Source: Octopus sinensis (Eukaryota). Taken from it: a stretch of DNA of 64,000 nucleotides. The notes beneath the pieces were generated by a model. The model ran no database searches, was not told the DNA's origin, and saw only the letters and a program-made list of their open reading frames with translations. This document shows positions 49,765 through 63,584 of this stretch, in pieces. The first letter of the stretch is position 1; every line of letters begins with the position of its first letter. Location of the stretch: NCBI RefSeq assembly GCF_006345805.1, contig NC_043005.1:23064001-23128000 (forward strand), given 5' to 3'. Position numbers and translations under genes: made by a program.

Positions 49765-50960
49765 GCAGCATCATTTAGCTGCTACAAGGAGATGCTTTAG
49801 GGAGAAACACCAAATTTTTGGACCCGGTATTAAAGTTATGGAAACATTTATAGCACAATAAATTACAAAGAAACTTAGTATGGAGGAGATGCAGTTTGGC
49901 TTTGAGCCAGGAAGAAATACTACCAATGTCATCTTTCTAGTAAGACAACTCCCAGATGTACTCATGGTAAAACCCTATACCTAACATTTGTTGAGCTGGA
50001 TAAGGCCTTTGACAGAGCTCCACATAGTAATTTGGAGGCTATTAAGGCAATTAGCAGTAGATGAATAGCTTATGAAGCTGTACAAGCCATCTACAGAGTG
50101 TATTCAGCATACATTTAACATGCTGGCAAGGGTCTGTTAGGGCACAGTCCTCAATACCTTCTTGTTTTCCAATAGTCCAGTAAGCCATATGAGAACTTTA
50201 AGACTTGCTATCAGTGGGAACTCAGTATGCAGATGACCTAATTCTTCTAGCAGAATCTGTAAAAGATTCAGAGATGAAATTACAGAAGAGGAAGCAAAAT
50301 CTAGAATTAAGAGGCCTCAAAATTAACTTAAAGACTTGAGTCTTAGTAAATAGAAAGAAGATATGACTGTGATACTATCAAGGACATAATTGTGCTTAAT
50401 ATAGATACAAGAAGTGTAGTGGGGTCATAGGAAGGATGATAGAGAAGGTAGTCTTTGAATATGACAGAGGAGCAGGAATAGTTAGTAATAAAAATACACA
50501 CTAAACTCTGCCCAATGTTTTCCTAGAAAAAGTTGGTGACTTAATAGCAGAGATATATGTACTGAAAGCATAGTAACCAGAGTAAGAATGGAATGGCCAA
50601 AATTCAGAGAGTTCAAACCTCTGGTAGCAACAATTTTTTTTTTCTTTCTTAGTGTGAAGGGTAGATTGCATAATGCTAGTGTGATGCTGCTTGGTAACAA
50701 AATATGCTTTGAATAAAAAGGATTTATGAAGACTAGAAAGAAACGAAGTGATCTGAATGTGTAATGCCAGTGTGCGTGAACAATGGAGTATGTAAGTTGA
50801 TGGAAAAACTAAATATATAATGCATCAGATGTAGTGTTTAAGAGAAAATAATTCATTGGCACAGACATATGTATGGGGGAATGACAGCTGTACAGAGAAG
50901 CACTGAGTACTTAAGAGCTCAAAATCTTGAGTTTCATGAAGGAGATGACAAAGAATGGTG
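49765..50960 (+). mobile_element. Decayed RTE LINE
   Basis: QFGFEPGRNTT, DKAFDRAP and WELQYADDL motifs; collinear with other RTE copies. Confidence 0.75.
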
Positions 50961-51152
50961 GTGGTTGGCAGTAAATGGTGCTGGCAAAGACCCACCCTTC
51001 TGAAGAAGCTTGGCACAAAAAAAAAAAAAAAAATGTGGTAGGAATGGTGGCTAGGACATATCTACATAGTCTCTCACCTATGTTTCCATTAAGTCTCCAT
51101 CTGCATTGCCACCCCACCATTTTGACACCATCTCATGCTCAGTTATTCACCA

Positions 51153-51206
<54 letters not shown>

Positions 51207-54200
51207 TATATATATATATACTGTGGATATAACATGGAACTTTTTATATTCAATTTCCCCTACCGACCCTATTTTATTTTTCTCTCTCTTCCATCATGAT
51301 GCCTGTGAAAAGAGGAAGTTCATCAGATTTATTCACATCCGATATACTATTCCATCACCCTTTTGTACTGGAAGCCATCAATTTTCTTCCCCAGATCAAT
51401 TATGAACTCTCATCTTTATAACTATCTATCACTTAAACCCCTCATCACAAACATGTAGATGCCATTGCTGCCTATTTCTCATTGCTCCTCTAACACTGTT
51501 TTTTCTATTACTCAATCTCTACTACCTTCTCATCCCAAACAATTTGTTTCTGCCACCATATCCTTCATTCTTCTACTATATCACTCAACTTCAGTTTCTG
51601 TCCTTGCCCTCTCAGCTATTCACACCCTTTAAGCATGTTGTTTTGAATAATTAGAGCCAACACAGAAGTGGGGACAATTTAGTTTTGCAGTGTACAACTA
51701 CTTTAGTGCTAATGCCAGAATAAAATGCATTAAGTGCACTGTGTAAAGTGATTGGTATTATAGAGGGGAAACTAAAACATATCAGATGTGGTCCTCCAAC
51801 TAATCTAGGAGGATAGTAACCCAATAAAACTAACTCAGTCAGGGCTATCCTATCCAACCCATGCCAGTATGGAAAGCATATGTAGAATAATAATGATTAT
51901 GATGCTTGGCTGTGATACTGCTGTCGCTGTTATGGAGATTATTAGTTTTGTGCTTCCTGTTATTAATTTGATTGCTCTGAATGTGTGTGTGTGTGTGTGC
52001 GCGCGCACGGTCAATGAGCTCTTCTGCCTTATCAAATCTTCCAGTTTTTGACTAGGAACAACCATTTTTTTGCTTCTATTCTTTTCCTCTTCACATTAAT
52101 TCTGTAATAGTCACATGACAAAGAAGTTTTACGATGGGGTGTGTATGGTTAAAGGTAAGTATTTGTGTGTGCATGTTTGTATGTTAATAGTGAGAGTGGA
52201 AGGCCATAGCTAAGAGACTGCTTTTCTCTTTGTTTATGGAAGCAGGTTATGAGTTTTTTCAGAATGATTTGGATTAGGAGCTCCATTCCTGTACCAGACC
52301 AGTTTTCATGGCACAACCAATTTACCTCCAGGATAGTCATCTTTTCTTTCTCATCGGTCATAATAACTACTGCCAACCACCTTAAGTTTATTTTTGGTGG
52401 CACATCCTACATCTTTACTTCTCACAAGTCCATAAATGACAAATGAGGAAGAACCCTTCAATCTTCACCATGGCAGTAGACTGACTCCTCATATTACCTT
52501 CAGAGAGGAACCAAATCTCCACTGATTGTATAGTAAACAATAACGGCAATAGCGATGATTTGTTTCTACTACTGGAAGGTGGGGTTAATCAAACTGCTCC
52601 CAGTACTTGACTGGTACTTTATTTCACCCACCCCAGAGAGATGAAAGGCAAAATTGACCTAGGTGGGATCTCAATTTAGAACTTAGACACTAGGCCAAGC
52701 TGTAGCTGCCTCTAATTTATGCCATGTCTATTTTGTTGACACTACATTGAGAAATAATGAGTTGGTCTAACTGAAATATGAAGTGATAATGTAGAGCGCT
52801 GTGATTGAACACTAAATGACAGTTGCTCAACCAAATTCTGCCAAATGAGAATAACTGTTAAAATTGGATCAAGACCACACATTTGAAGAAGGGATGTAGA
52901 TGACTGAATCAACTATCAGTATATTACTGGTACTTATTTTATTGACATGGGAAGAATGAAAGGCAAAATCAATGACTGAGATTAAAACTTAGAACAGAAA
53001 GAGACGAAACAAATATTGCAAGCTTTTTCTGCCACTCAAATGTAATAACAGTAAACATTGTCCACAAATCTGGTTGAAATTTCTTCATTAAGACAATCTG
53101 GTAGTAGACATGAAAACAAAGCAAAAAAAAAAAAAGATATATAACCATCAAATAAAATGGAATCTTTAATGACTTAAGAAACATAAAAATTGAGGAATAT
53201 AAGCAAAGTTTCAAGAGAATTTTACCAAGAAGAGAGAGGCAAATATCTATTGGTAATAAATATATAAATAAAACAAAATAAAAATACAAGTAATATTTTT
53301 CTCTTTTCAAATTCAAGGTTTACCAAGAAAGAATGTGATAAACCAGGTTTGTTTTACTCCGATAACAGAAAGAACATTAGAAAAAAAAGATAGCTCTCAA
53401 CAAGTATTTGACATCTTTGTTATGTTCTCATACAAATATAGTATGTGTGTGTTGGTGTGTGTGTGCGCGTGCACACGTGTGCGTAAGTGTGCATGTATTT
53501 GTTGGCATACAAATACAGTGTTTGTTTATGAGTATGGTGTGTACATGTGTGCTTGCAAAGAATATGTTGGAACATGTTTGAGCAATTGTCTCAAAATCTA
53601 GAGTCAACATTTCAGCTAACAGATTTCAAAAATCAAATCTCACATACACACATTTACTATAGAGGGAAACCACTGAAATAAATAACTCACTCTATATAAA
53701 AATATTAACAGCTGGTAAAGTAATACAGGTACTAATTAATAGTTTGTATTTTTATAATATATTCAGGTTGAAACTGTCTAGGAAAATTAATTATAAACCT
53801 AATTAGAATTGTAATAGACTAGACAATTTGACCCATTAATATTGAAACCATCCAAATCCAATGATCATAAAGACAGTGCTATTTGTTTAAACTGGCCAAC
53901 CAGGCCTTGTTGACATACACTTAATAGCAGGAAAACCTTCATCAAATCACACAGAAGGTCACGTTTTTCCTTAGTTGCAGCATTCCATCACTTTCCCATC
54001 ATAGATATATCCACATATCTAAAATCATCATTAATGCCATGAATATTAAAGGATTGAATGAAGCTTATTTGTTGATTTATTATAAGAATATTGTCTATAT
54101 AGTTTTCACATATATATATATGAATTAATATATACTAATGTATATATATATATATGATAGACTTGTCTGTCTACCAGCCAGCTTTAGAATAACAGTAAAT

Positions 54201-55891
54201 TCATCTGTGATTTTAATCAATACAAAACATGCCAGTTATTTACAAGACCTACATAAATATCTTACTTTGTCATCTATCAAAAAATATACACTGCTTCTAA
54301 ATATATTGTCTATCTTTACTTCTAGTTATTTTAAGGCAGACATGGAAAATGGTTACAGAAAATAGACTAAATGACAATAAAAAAGTTGACTGTTGTTCTG
54401 ATGTAATTTTTGACTTGATAAATGGTAGTTGAGAACTAGACAATACGAGTATGAAAAATAACCTTTCTAGAACATTACAGTATTTCAACTAACTTGTTCT
54501 ACTGATGAGCCAGGTAATGAAAGCCAAGAAGCAGGCATTAGAGGGCAGGCAGTTTTATATGCTGATATAAAATATTGTAAAGTCGATGTCAATGAAATGT
54601 CAATGAAATTGTAAAGAGTAACAAAGGGAGAGATGACAAGGACATATATATATATAGATAGATATACATATATGATAGATTACATGTATGTGTATATATA
54701 TATATACACACACATATACATATATATATGATAGATTATTTGTGTGTGTGTATACATATATATACATACACACATATATATATATATAAGATACATATGA
54801 GAGAGATAGAGAGATACAAAGCTAATGTAAGATAATGAATGGAAGTTATTCTCATTTTTTTCTGGTTACCAGTATCAATATTGCCAGATAAAAACAAACT
54901 CAATACTACAGACGTTCAGTTTTTAATATCAGCTTCAGACTTCGGTTTTCCCTTTTTATTTCGAAATCTGTTTCTGTGGGTACAAATGTAAGTATCACAG
55001 CAAAATAAAATAGCATGCAATCAACTAACACCCTCAAAGCTGCCATTACTATGCAGAAAATGTCTCAATTAGTTTCAATGAGTTAGGCTTTCTTTCTTTA
55101 CAACAACTAAATATTTTGTGTGATACTTGAATGTAGAGGAGAAAAACATTGTGTCAGCTGTCTTTAGAATATAAGACTTTCTTACACTTCATGGCGAACA
55201 TTCATGCAGTTCACAAACCACACATGCACATTCACACATCCATGCATATACACACGCACACAAGCATGCACACACATAGGAAGAAGGTAAAAATAAACAA
55301 ACTATTCGTATCCATATGCAGACAGACATCACAAATTAGGTTTAATCCATGCCTTACTTCACATGACATAAGATATGGGAGAGAGATAGAGAAGAGAGAG
55401 AGAGAGAGAAAGGGAGTCCCCGTGACCACAGTCTTTTTTAAAAAAAACAACAATGTAAAACAAAAACAAAAAAAAAGAAACAGTTAAGTGGTCAAGCTAA
55501 GAAGCAGGAGTAGAACAAACATGCAGTGTTACTACAGTAAGTAATAACCTGCTAGTTCTGCAGAGTGTTTGCTTGGTCAGTTATCACCTGATGTCTACAA
55601 AACCACAAGTCCAGCCTTAAACACTACAGTTATTTTATTAACCATAGAGAGGCATATCACAGTACTAACGATTCCATAATTTAGTTGTTTCCAACAACAA
55701 CAGTCTTCAGAAAAAAAAAATAAAAAAGATACAATATCAGAATCATAACAAATTTCTTTTCTTTACTTTAGCCATTCTTAAGACCTGTTTGTTTGTTTGT
55801 TTTTGTTGAAAGTAATGTAATCATGACTTTTCTGTCAACACTGACCTAAGCCAACAGCTGCTCCCCCATCTGTCTCCAAGGCAATAGCAGA

Positions 55892-56072
55892 TCACAACAA
55901 AGGTTGTGGAGGAGGTACTTGTTGATAAGACATTCCTCCACCTCCAGTCGATGGTGGTGGTCCATAATTGGCATCCATTGGGGGTAAGGACATACTGTTC
56001 ATTGACTGGGGATTAAACTGTGCTGAAGTTGGTCCATAGGTTGCCATACTGCTCTGAGCAGGAGCTGTTACT
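55892..56072 (-). CDS. STAM: STAM terminal coding exon
   Basis: Acceptor ttgttctcag|A completes the split GG|A Gly codon. Reads VTAPAQSSMATYG...YQQVPPPQPLL*; the QPLL end resembles vertebrate STAM2. Confidence 0.87.
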
Positions 56073-58618
56073 CTGAGAACAAATGTAAGAATTGACAATT
56101 AGTAGAATTCATACAAACATCTTGTTGCTTCACAAATAAATAACAAGTGTGTGTGTGTGTGTGTGTATGAAATTCAGTTCAAAGTATGGTTTCATGCAAT
56201 TATCAAAATGTCTAGTTTAAATGAATTGTTTCTGTCCCAACCTATGCCAGTATGGAAAACGGATGTTAATGAATGATAATGATAATGTTTTCATCTCAGA
56301 TTGGTTATCAAGTATTTTACACTTTGATATAGTCTCAGGCAATGTGGTTCAATAGATAAAGATACTGCTCCTCTTACTTTAGAAATAGAAGGTTCTTAGT
56401 TCAAATGCAGTGCAGGACTAGTTACATATCCAGGAATAATGTGCCCGGTGATCAATCGAAAACTGAACTGATTGAGTTAAGTATAAATATATATATTAAA
56501 AATATACACTGTAAGGTAGTGGTTAACAATGGATGTAAATATTGGAAATAAACATAGTAAAAATATGGTTAACAGCACAGACATGGTTGTGTGGCTAAGA
56601 TGTTCACTTTGGAACCACATGAATGTTGTCAAATTAACATTCTACAATATAATGATGGGTCAACTAATAATACCCCATGAGTGAAATTGGTAGACTGGAA
56701 CTAAAAGAAGCCTGTTATGAGTGTGTGTGTGTATGTGTGTGGTTGATTTCATACTTTCTCTTTGTCATAGACAACTTTGCTGACTTGTAAACAAAACAAA
56801 AGCTTCACCACTAAAACAGATGGTATTGTATGCTTGGCATCAACTGCAAAATCAAATCTAGATTTCTTGACATGTTGCAAGATCTTTGTAAACAAACTAT
56901 GCCCTGAAGGGTAAAATCTGCTTCAATGAATTCCAAATGACTTATGCAAGCACGGAAGAAAGGACATCAAAACAATAATGTTGATCATAAAATGTAAGAC
57001 CAACAATATTGGGGGGGGGGGAGTCAATTATATTGCCCCCAGTGCTCGACTGGAACTTATTTTGTTGACCACGAAAGGATGAAAGGCAAAGTAAACCTTT
57101 GTGAAATTTGAACTCAGAATGTAAAGACATGAAATGCTAAGCATTTTGCCTGGCATGCTAACCATTTTGCTAGCTCACTGCCTTACAGTAGATATAAATA
57201 TTAAAAATATATACTGTGAAGTCGTGGTTAATAGTGTAGCTATTAAGATTTTAATTTACTTAACCATTAACCACAATTTGCAGTGTATATTTACAGTATT
57301 TATGAGTAAACAGAAGCTAAGTTTTAGAGATTTTGCAGCAAGGATGCCTGCTTGGTATGGATTTAGTTATACAGTTACCATCATCATACATAGATCATTG
57401 TTTTTTTTATTTAGTGAGCAGAAATTACGAAGTGACTCAAGGGCTGAGAGTTTCATGCATTAGCTCTTATGAGACTAAGTGTTAATACATGAAGCTATTA
57501 GCCCTCAAATCACTTTGTAACTTTTGCCAGTTAAATATGAAAATATATACACTCGTGTTATGAGTTCTAATTTCCTGTTTGTTTTACCAAGCCTAAATAT
57601 AATCAGTTATATATATATATAGCACAATGTCTAAGATTAAGGTGATGGATTCATAATTACAACAACCTTATTATTTCAGCAAGTGTGTTGCACCCCAGAG
57701 CATAACATAACCTTACTGACCTTAGTCTAGTTTATTGATTGACAAATTCCACTTTTGGTTTATAGTAGAATGGTAATCAGCAGAAATGATGTAACAACAT
57801 CAAAATCAGTTGTGCCTGTGCCAACAATATACAAATGACCAGATTTATAGGCATCTAATTTCTCATTGTACTCTCTAGTTTTTCCATCTTTACAGAATTT
57901 TCTTGTGTTAGTTCAGCTGAGAATGATTTCACCGAAACATCTATATTGCTGATGTTTATTCACTGCCATTCATGCAGAACTATGATTAAAGGGATTCCAG
58001 CTATGACCATCCTTAAGTTTTACTAAATGCAGGGAACCCATATTAACCAACCTGTTCTTTTTAAGATGCTAGAGTGTAAATTGAAGGATATTTGGCTGCT
58101 ATTTCCAGCAGAGAAAATGACCATGTGGTGGCTTCCTCACTAATTTGTCATTGCTGTAATCAGATGTACATGTGTGATACATTTCAACAACCATGGGAAA
58201 TGCTTCAAAGAATTTTAGCTTTGGTTTCAATGTAACTGTTGTCCTATAGGAAAGACTGTCAGTCAATACTTGGTCATTACGGAGTAAAAATCAAAATGGC
58301 CAAGTAGGTATCATATACTGAACTATCAGCAATTCATAGCACTTGAGTTCAAATTACTGCACGCATTTCATTGTGCATTGAGTATTGCATTTTATTCTGC
58401 TCTGCCGTAGTTCATCCAGCTGTCAAGAATAACAACTAGATCATCTGAGAATGTGCAAACAAATTTGCATCTTAACCATCTGATATCATTTATTGAAAAC
58501 CAAATACCAGTCATTAAAAAGCAGCACATCACTACAGGGAAGGAGATGCTGTAGTTCTAGTCAGACCTGTTGTAATTCTGGGCAGTCAATACATTTAATC
58601 CTGTCAGTGAATACTTAC

Positions 58619-58842
58619 CCATTATAGGGTTGCTGAGCTGCTGATACAACAATGGAATTTCCATTTAAGCTCTGAGCTGGAGCTGGCTGTTGTGACATCA
58701 TGTTAGTTGGTATTGGTCCCTGGGGTACAGGTCCATTGTTTGCATGGATGATTGAAGGTGGGGCCTGCCCAGGGCTTATGTATTGAGGTTGGTTTGCATA
58801 TTGTTGTTGTTGCTGTTGTTGTTGTTGCTGCTGAGGTGGTGG
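58619..58842 (-). CDS. STAM: STAM penultimate coding exon (Pro/Gln-rich tail)
   Basis: Acceptor aatttccacag|CCA (phase 0) and donor GG|GTAAGT (phase 2). Open 224-nt frame PPPQ10YANQPQYISPGQAPP...QQPYN. Phases match both neighbouring exons. Confidence 0.85.
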
Positions 58843-60024
58843 CTGTGGAAATTAATCCAAACAATAATGTCATTAATAAGATTACAAATAAGTAAAATAA
58901 TATAATAGTTAAGGAATCTGTGAATGCCGAATATATTATCTTAGACAGCATCTCTCTCTCTCTCTCTCTCACCTCTTTGTGTTTCTGTCAATTCTTAGAA
59001 TATGTTTATTTTTTTATTTGTTGGTTGATGTTTAGATAAGTCTCATTAAGGAACCCTATGATCAAAAGCATTCCAACCATGGTCATCATGTAATTTTTCA
59101 TACATGATATACAAAGACCACATTATCTCTTTATGTCATAACAAAATGTGATGAGATTTGGCTACTATTTCTAGCAAAATGAATGAATGAAAAGAATCTC
59201 ATTTTATAGTCCCCTCTATTTATCACTGTATTAAGTGATTGATCAGAATACAACAACCCACCGCAAGGTTTTGCATAAACTATTATAGAATGTTGACTTG
59301 TTAAAAATCTGTTATGATTCCAGTATATTAACAAAATTTTGGTTGAGATTTCAATTTAAATATCACTGAAGGCACAGGTATGGCTGTATGTTTAAGAAAT
59401 TTCCTTCACAGCTACATGGTTTTGAGTTCAGTCCCAGAGCATGGAACCTTGGGCAAGTGTCTTCTACTATAGCCCCAGGCCAACCAAAGTCTTGTGAGTG
59501 GATATGGTAGACAGAAACAGAAAAGAAGCCAATCATACACACACACACATATATATATACATATGTCTGTGTGTCTCCTTGTCTTGCCATTGCATAAAAG
59601 TTGTACAAGAGCACCATCATCATACAAATGATATCCTTTGTTCCCAATCTTCTGTGAAAATATGTCTGACTATAGAGAAATATTACCTTACTTAGAAACA
59701 GACGATGGTTAGCAATGGGAAGAACATCCAGTTGTTAAAGAATCTGAATTCCTTCCAATCTAATGCAGGCATGGAAAAATGGGATGTAAAAACGATAATG
59801 ATGATGATGACTTCAACATAGGTTTTTAGGTGGTTTAGTATTCAAGGAGTTAAATCAGAGACCAAATGTTGTAAGTAAAATCATGGATGAGACATCATGT
59901 CTTCACAATATAAAGATGTCATGATGGATGGTCATCTAGAAAGCTGATGATTCAGTTAAATTCAAATGAACCAACAAAGTTTAATCCAAAAGTGACATAT
60001 GTATATGAAAATTGTAGATAACAT

Positions 60025-60232
60025 AGGTATTATCTTTCTCTGTGTTAGAGTTCAGCTCAAGTATAGCTAATCAGCTCTAAGTATTCTATCATCTTTCTCT
60101 CTGTCAGAGTCAAGCTCAATTAGAGCTGACCAATTTTAGGTATTCTGTCATTTTTTCTGTTAATGTCCAGCTTAAATAAAGCTAATTAAACACTAGGTAT
60201 TCTATCCTCTTCTCTCACTTAAGAGTTCAGTT
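60025..60232. repeat. Degenerate ~57-bp tandem repeat, about 3.5 copies
   Basis: taggtattctatcatctttctct..agagttcagctcaa..agctaa unit. Confidence 0.75.
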
Positions 60233-60486
60233 ACTCAGTGTTACAAAATAATGAAAATGTAAATGATTGAGTAGGCATATTTGGGCCAACATAGCAGAAA
60301 TACTAAAGTGTATAAACAAAATCAAAATAACATACAAATTGTGAGGTCAAATGTTATACTGTGGCTAGATGGTCATAAGTTTAAAGTTTAATACTACAAG
60401 TTGTGTTGTGTCTATGAGGACAGCATGTAATCCTACTAGCTTCAGTTTTCTTGATTAAGCTAAAAATTAGGTCAGTTGTGTCTGTT

Positions 60487-61055
60487 ATAGCGGTATAGCA
60501 ACCAAGTTTCTTTTATGTCATATATTATAGCGTATATTTTCTAGTAAGTTTGTTTACAGTTAATGCAATGCTACTTATTATGTTTCCTATTTGGAAATAG
60601 ATAAAATTATTTAGCTTTTAAAGCGGTATAGCTACCAAGTTTCTCTTATGTCATATTATAGCGTATATTTTCTAGTTAGTTAATGATAGAACTGTCACTT
60701 ATAACTTAAGTGTTATCATTATACGCAGTCCAAACTACAGTTATATAAACATAGTTCAGGCGAGAGGCTGAATGTTCAGCTTAAGTTCAGCTCTCTCAGG
60801 CGAGAGGCTGAATGTAGCGAGTAGCCACTTTATAGGAAAATAGCAGTATAGCTACCTATGCTTCTCTTATGTTATTATTATAGCGTATATTTTCTAGTTA
60901 GCTTTGTTTACAGTTAATGCAATGCTACTTATGTTTCCTATTTGGAAATAGATAAAATTATTTGGCTTTTAAAGTAAGGATGTATAATGATAGGACCGTC
61001 ACTTATAACGTAAGTGTTATCATTATACGCAAATCCGAACTACAGTATATAAATG
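60487..61055. repeat. Complex local duplication in a STAM intron
   Basis: A gcggtatagctacc...gcgtatattttctagt block occurs three times, two other blocks occur twice, and caggcgagaggctgaatgt occurs twice at the junction. Confidence 0.85.
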
Positions 61056-62156
61056 CCATAGAGAAATATACTTTCTGGAACGCTAATGAACATTAGTGAG
61101 AATGTATGTTAAATATGATTTTCGTGTTCATTTAACCGCTATAAGAAAATACAATTTAATAATTACAGAAACACATTTTATACATAATTGAAGAACGTGA
61201 AGAAAGAGAAAACATTTTCTACATTAATTTTTATTATATACATATAGCATTTTTATATTATATATATTTTGAAGAAAAGTAAATTTTGTCATATAGAATT
61301 ATGATTATATATTTTAACTATCTAATTTCTCATTCTAGCTAATATTAAATCTCAACAATTCAAACAAGACTTGTTGGATTTTCCTTGGACATGGCATGAA
61401 AAATCACCAATGTCTCAAAGGAGTGAGTGTCGTGCAGTTTAGTTACATCCAACAAACATTGAAGTTTTTCTCAAAATCCAGGATTTTTATAAGTGCTCAA
61501 CTTGACTTTAAAGAATCGAAATCACATACAAATATTCTTTAACTAGCTCTTAGAATCCTTATATGAGCAGTTATATTAACCAATGGAAAAATGACAATCC
61601 TATTTCTTCAGCAATACGACATTACGTCATATTGCCAGCTACCACAAATTGGCGCTCTGATTTTAAAATGGCTACATGCTACACTGTAATAAGAAAATGG
61701 CAAAGTAGAAATTTGCAGAAATTTGCAGTTTTGAGAGAAAAGGATTATGTAGAGGAGTGACAGGTGTTTGGATAAAATGGATGCAAAGAATAGTCAGCAA
61801 ACTAGTTTAAAAGAGCAGAGGCTGTTGTATTAACAGTAAAAGTAGCAGATACAGGAAACTGTATCTGTTAGCTTGTGGTTGTAGCACCTACATCAGAGTT
61901 GAGCAGTTGGTGGTAGGAAGAGACCTCTATCGTCTTGTGTAACAAGAGTTGCTTTAAGAGAAAAATCAATACATTCAGGTAAAACTGGAAAAAATGTTTA
62001 AGAAAGGAAAAAAAAACAGGTGGAGAACAGTCAGGGATTATGGTGTAAATATCACTTTTTTAAAAGCTAGAATGAATAGAATTCAATGGGAATCCTCTGA
62101 AAAACAATCCAGGCGAAGATAATTAATATGAAGAAGAATACAAGATGAATGCCTAC

Positions 62157-62310
62157 CTGTGGGATACCTGATGGAATATAAGTGCTAGGGGCTTGTTGTG
62201 GTGCAGGTTGATGGGACATATAGAACACAGGATTTTCTTTCATTAAGTTGTGGTACATTTGTAAAGCATCCATCACTTTCATATTTAATTCTACCAAATT
62301 AGCGTGTTTC
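62157..62310 (-). CDS. STAM: STAM (ESCRT-0 subunit) exon, end of GAT/coiled-coil region
   Basis: Acceptor tttttctgttgacag|G and donor CAG|GTAGGC. (R)KHANLVELNMKVMDALQMYHNLMKENP resembles STAM [29 protein letters not shown] (recalled). Confidence 0.9.
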
Positions 62311-62616
62311 CTGTCAACAGAAAAACAAAAGAGTTGAAATGTTTTCATTGTAAGGTTACAAAATGGCTGTAATCGTATGGAAGCCACATGGTTAAACAAA
62401 TATACATTCACCACTCATACCGTCTGGGCTCTGAAAGGCCATGTCATATTTTATTTTGTCATAATTATTCATACTAATATGTAATTCCTGAAGAAGAATC
62501 TAATTTTTATGTCAAGAAGAGCTTTTTGCTTTTGTTTCTGGAATTAATTAGACCTGAATTATGAATTAAAGATTATCAACAACTACAATTTTTTTCCTTT
62601 CCTTATACTTCATTTA

Positions 62617-62647
<31 letters not shown>

Positions 62648-63584
62648 CAAATAGAATTTAGTGTGTAGAAATATATTGCAACTTAGTACAGATATGTAAG
62701 TGTAGTTGCATGCATTTAAAAGAAACAAAAAAATATTAAATGCATGTAGCAGAAATTATTCAGTCATCCAAAGCAGAAGTGTTTTTATGTCTGCTTTTCA
62801 TCCATGTAGTATGTACCATGGCATCACCTCATTCTGAGGTAGTCTCTACAGGATTTTTACTTCCATATATATATATGAACATCTGTTTTACCATGCTAGC
62901 ATGGCTTGACCAAGAACTGATTTTAAAGCAGGATTTTATGGTTGGATGCTCTTCCTGTTGCCAAACTTCATCTTTTCAAGCAAGATCTTTTTTATTCCAC
63001 TGATCTTCGAAAGTGAAGAGTGACTGGTTGTAATGTTAACAAGGAAATACGAGCATCAACACAGTTTCATTCAAACCATGATAAGTTACCTGTTGACATT
63101 CACCCACACACAGCTTAGTATAGTTTCTATCAATCAAATTCTCTCACAAGATATTAGTCAGTCTGGAACAATAATAGAAGACATTTGCCTAAGGTGCTGC
63201 ACAGTAAGACTGAACTTGAAGCCACGTGGTTGCAAAGCAAACACCTTTACTTTGCCACAGAAACATGCCTCTGTGTGTGCATGTATGTGTGTACACATGT
63301 ACATACACACACACACACACACACACGCACAGGAAAGAGAAAGTAGCACTCAAGACATTTGGTTGGAGTTCATCATCATCGTTTAGCATCCGCTTTCCAT
63401 GCTAGCATGGGTTGGACGGTTCAACTGGGGTCTGGGAAGCCAGAAGGCTGCACCAGGCCCAGTTTGATCTGGCAATGTTTCTACAGCTGGATGCCCTTCC
63501 TAACGCCAAACATGTATTTAACTGTTTGACAACTCCATGAAATTTAAATTGTGTGCAGCTGAGTCAAACTGCTTTATATATATA

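Noticed and set aside
54497-54542. TCTA-CTGATGA-GCCAGGTAAT-GAAA-GCC...GGC-AT-TAGA hammerhead-like pattern
   Set aside because: There is no real stem II and the essential U before the cleavage site is an A. It is not in a repeat context, so chance is likely.
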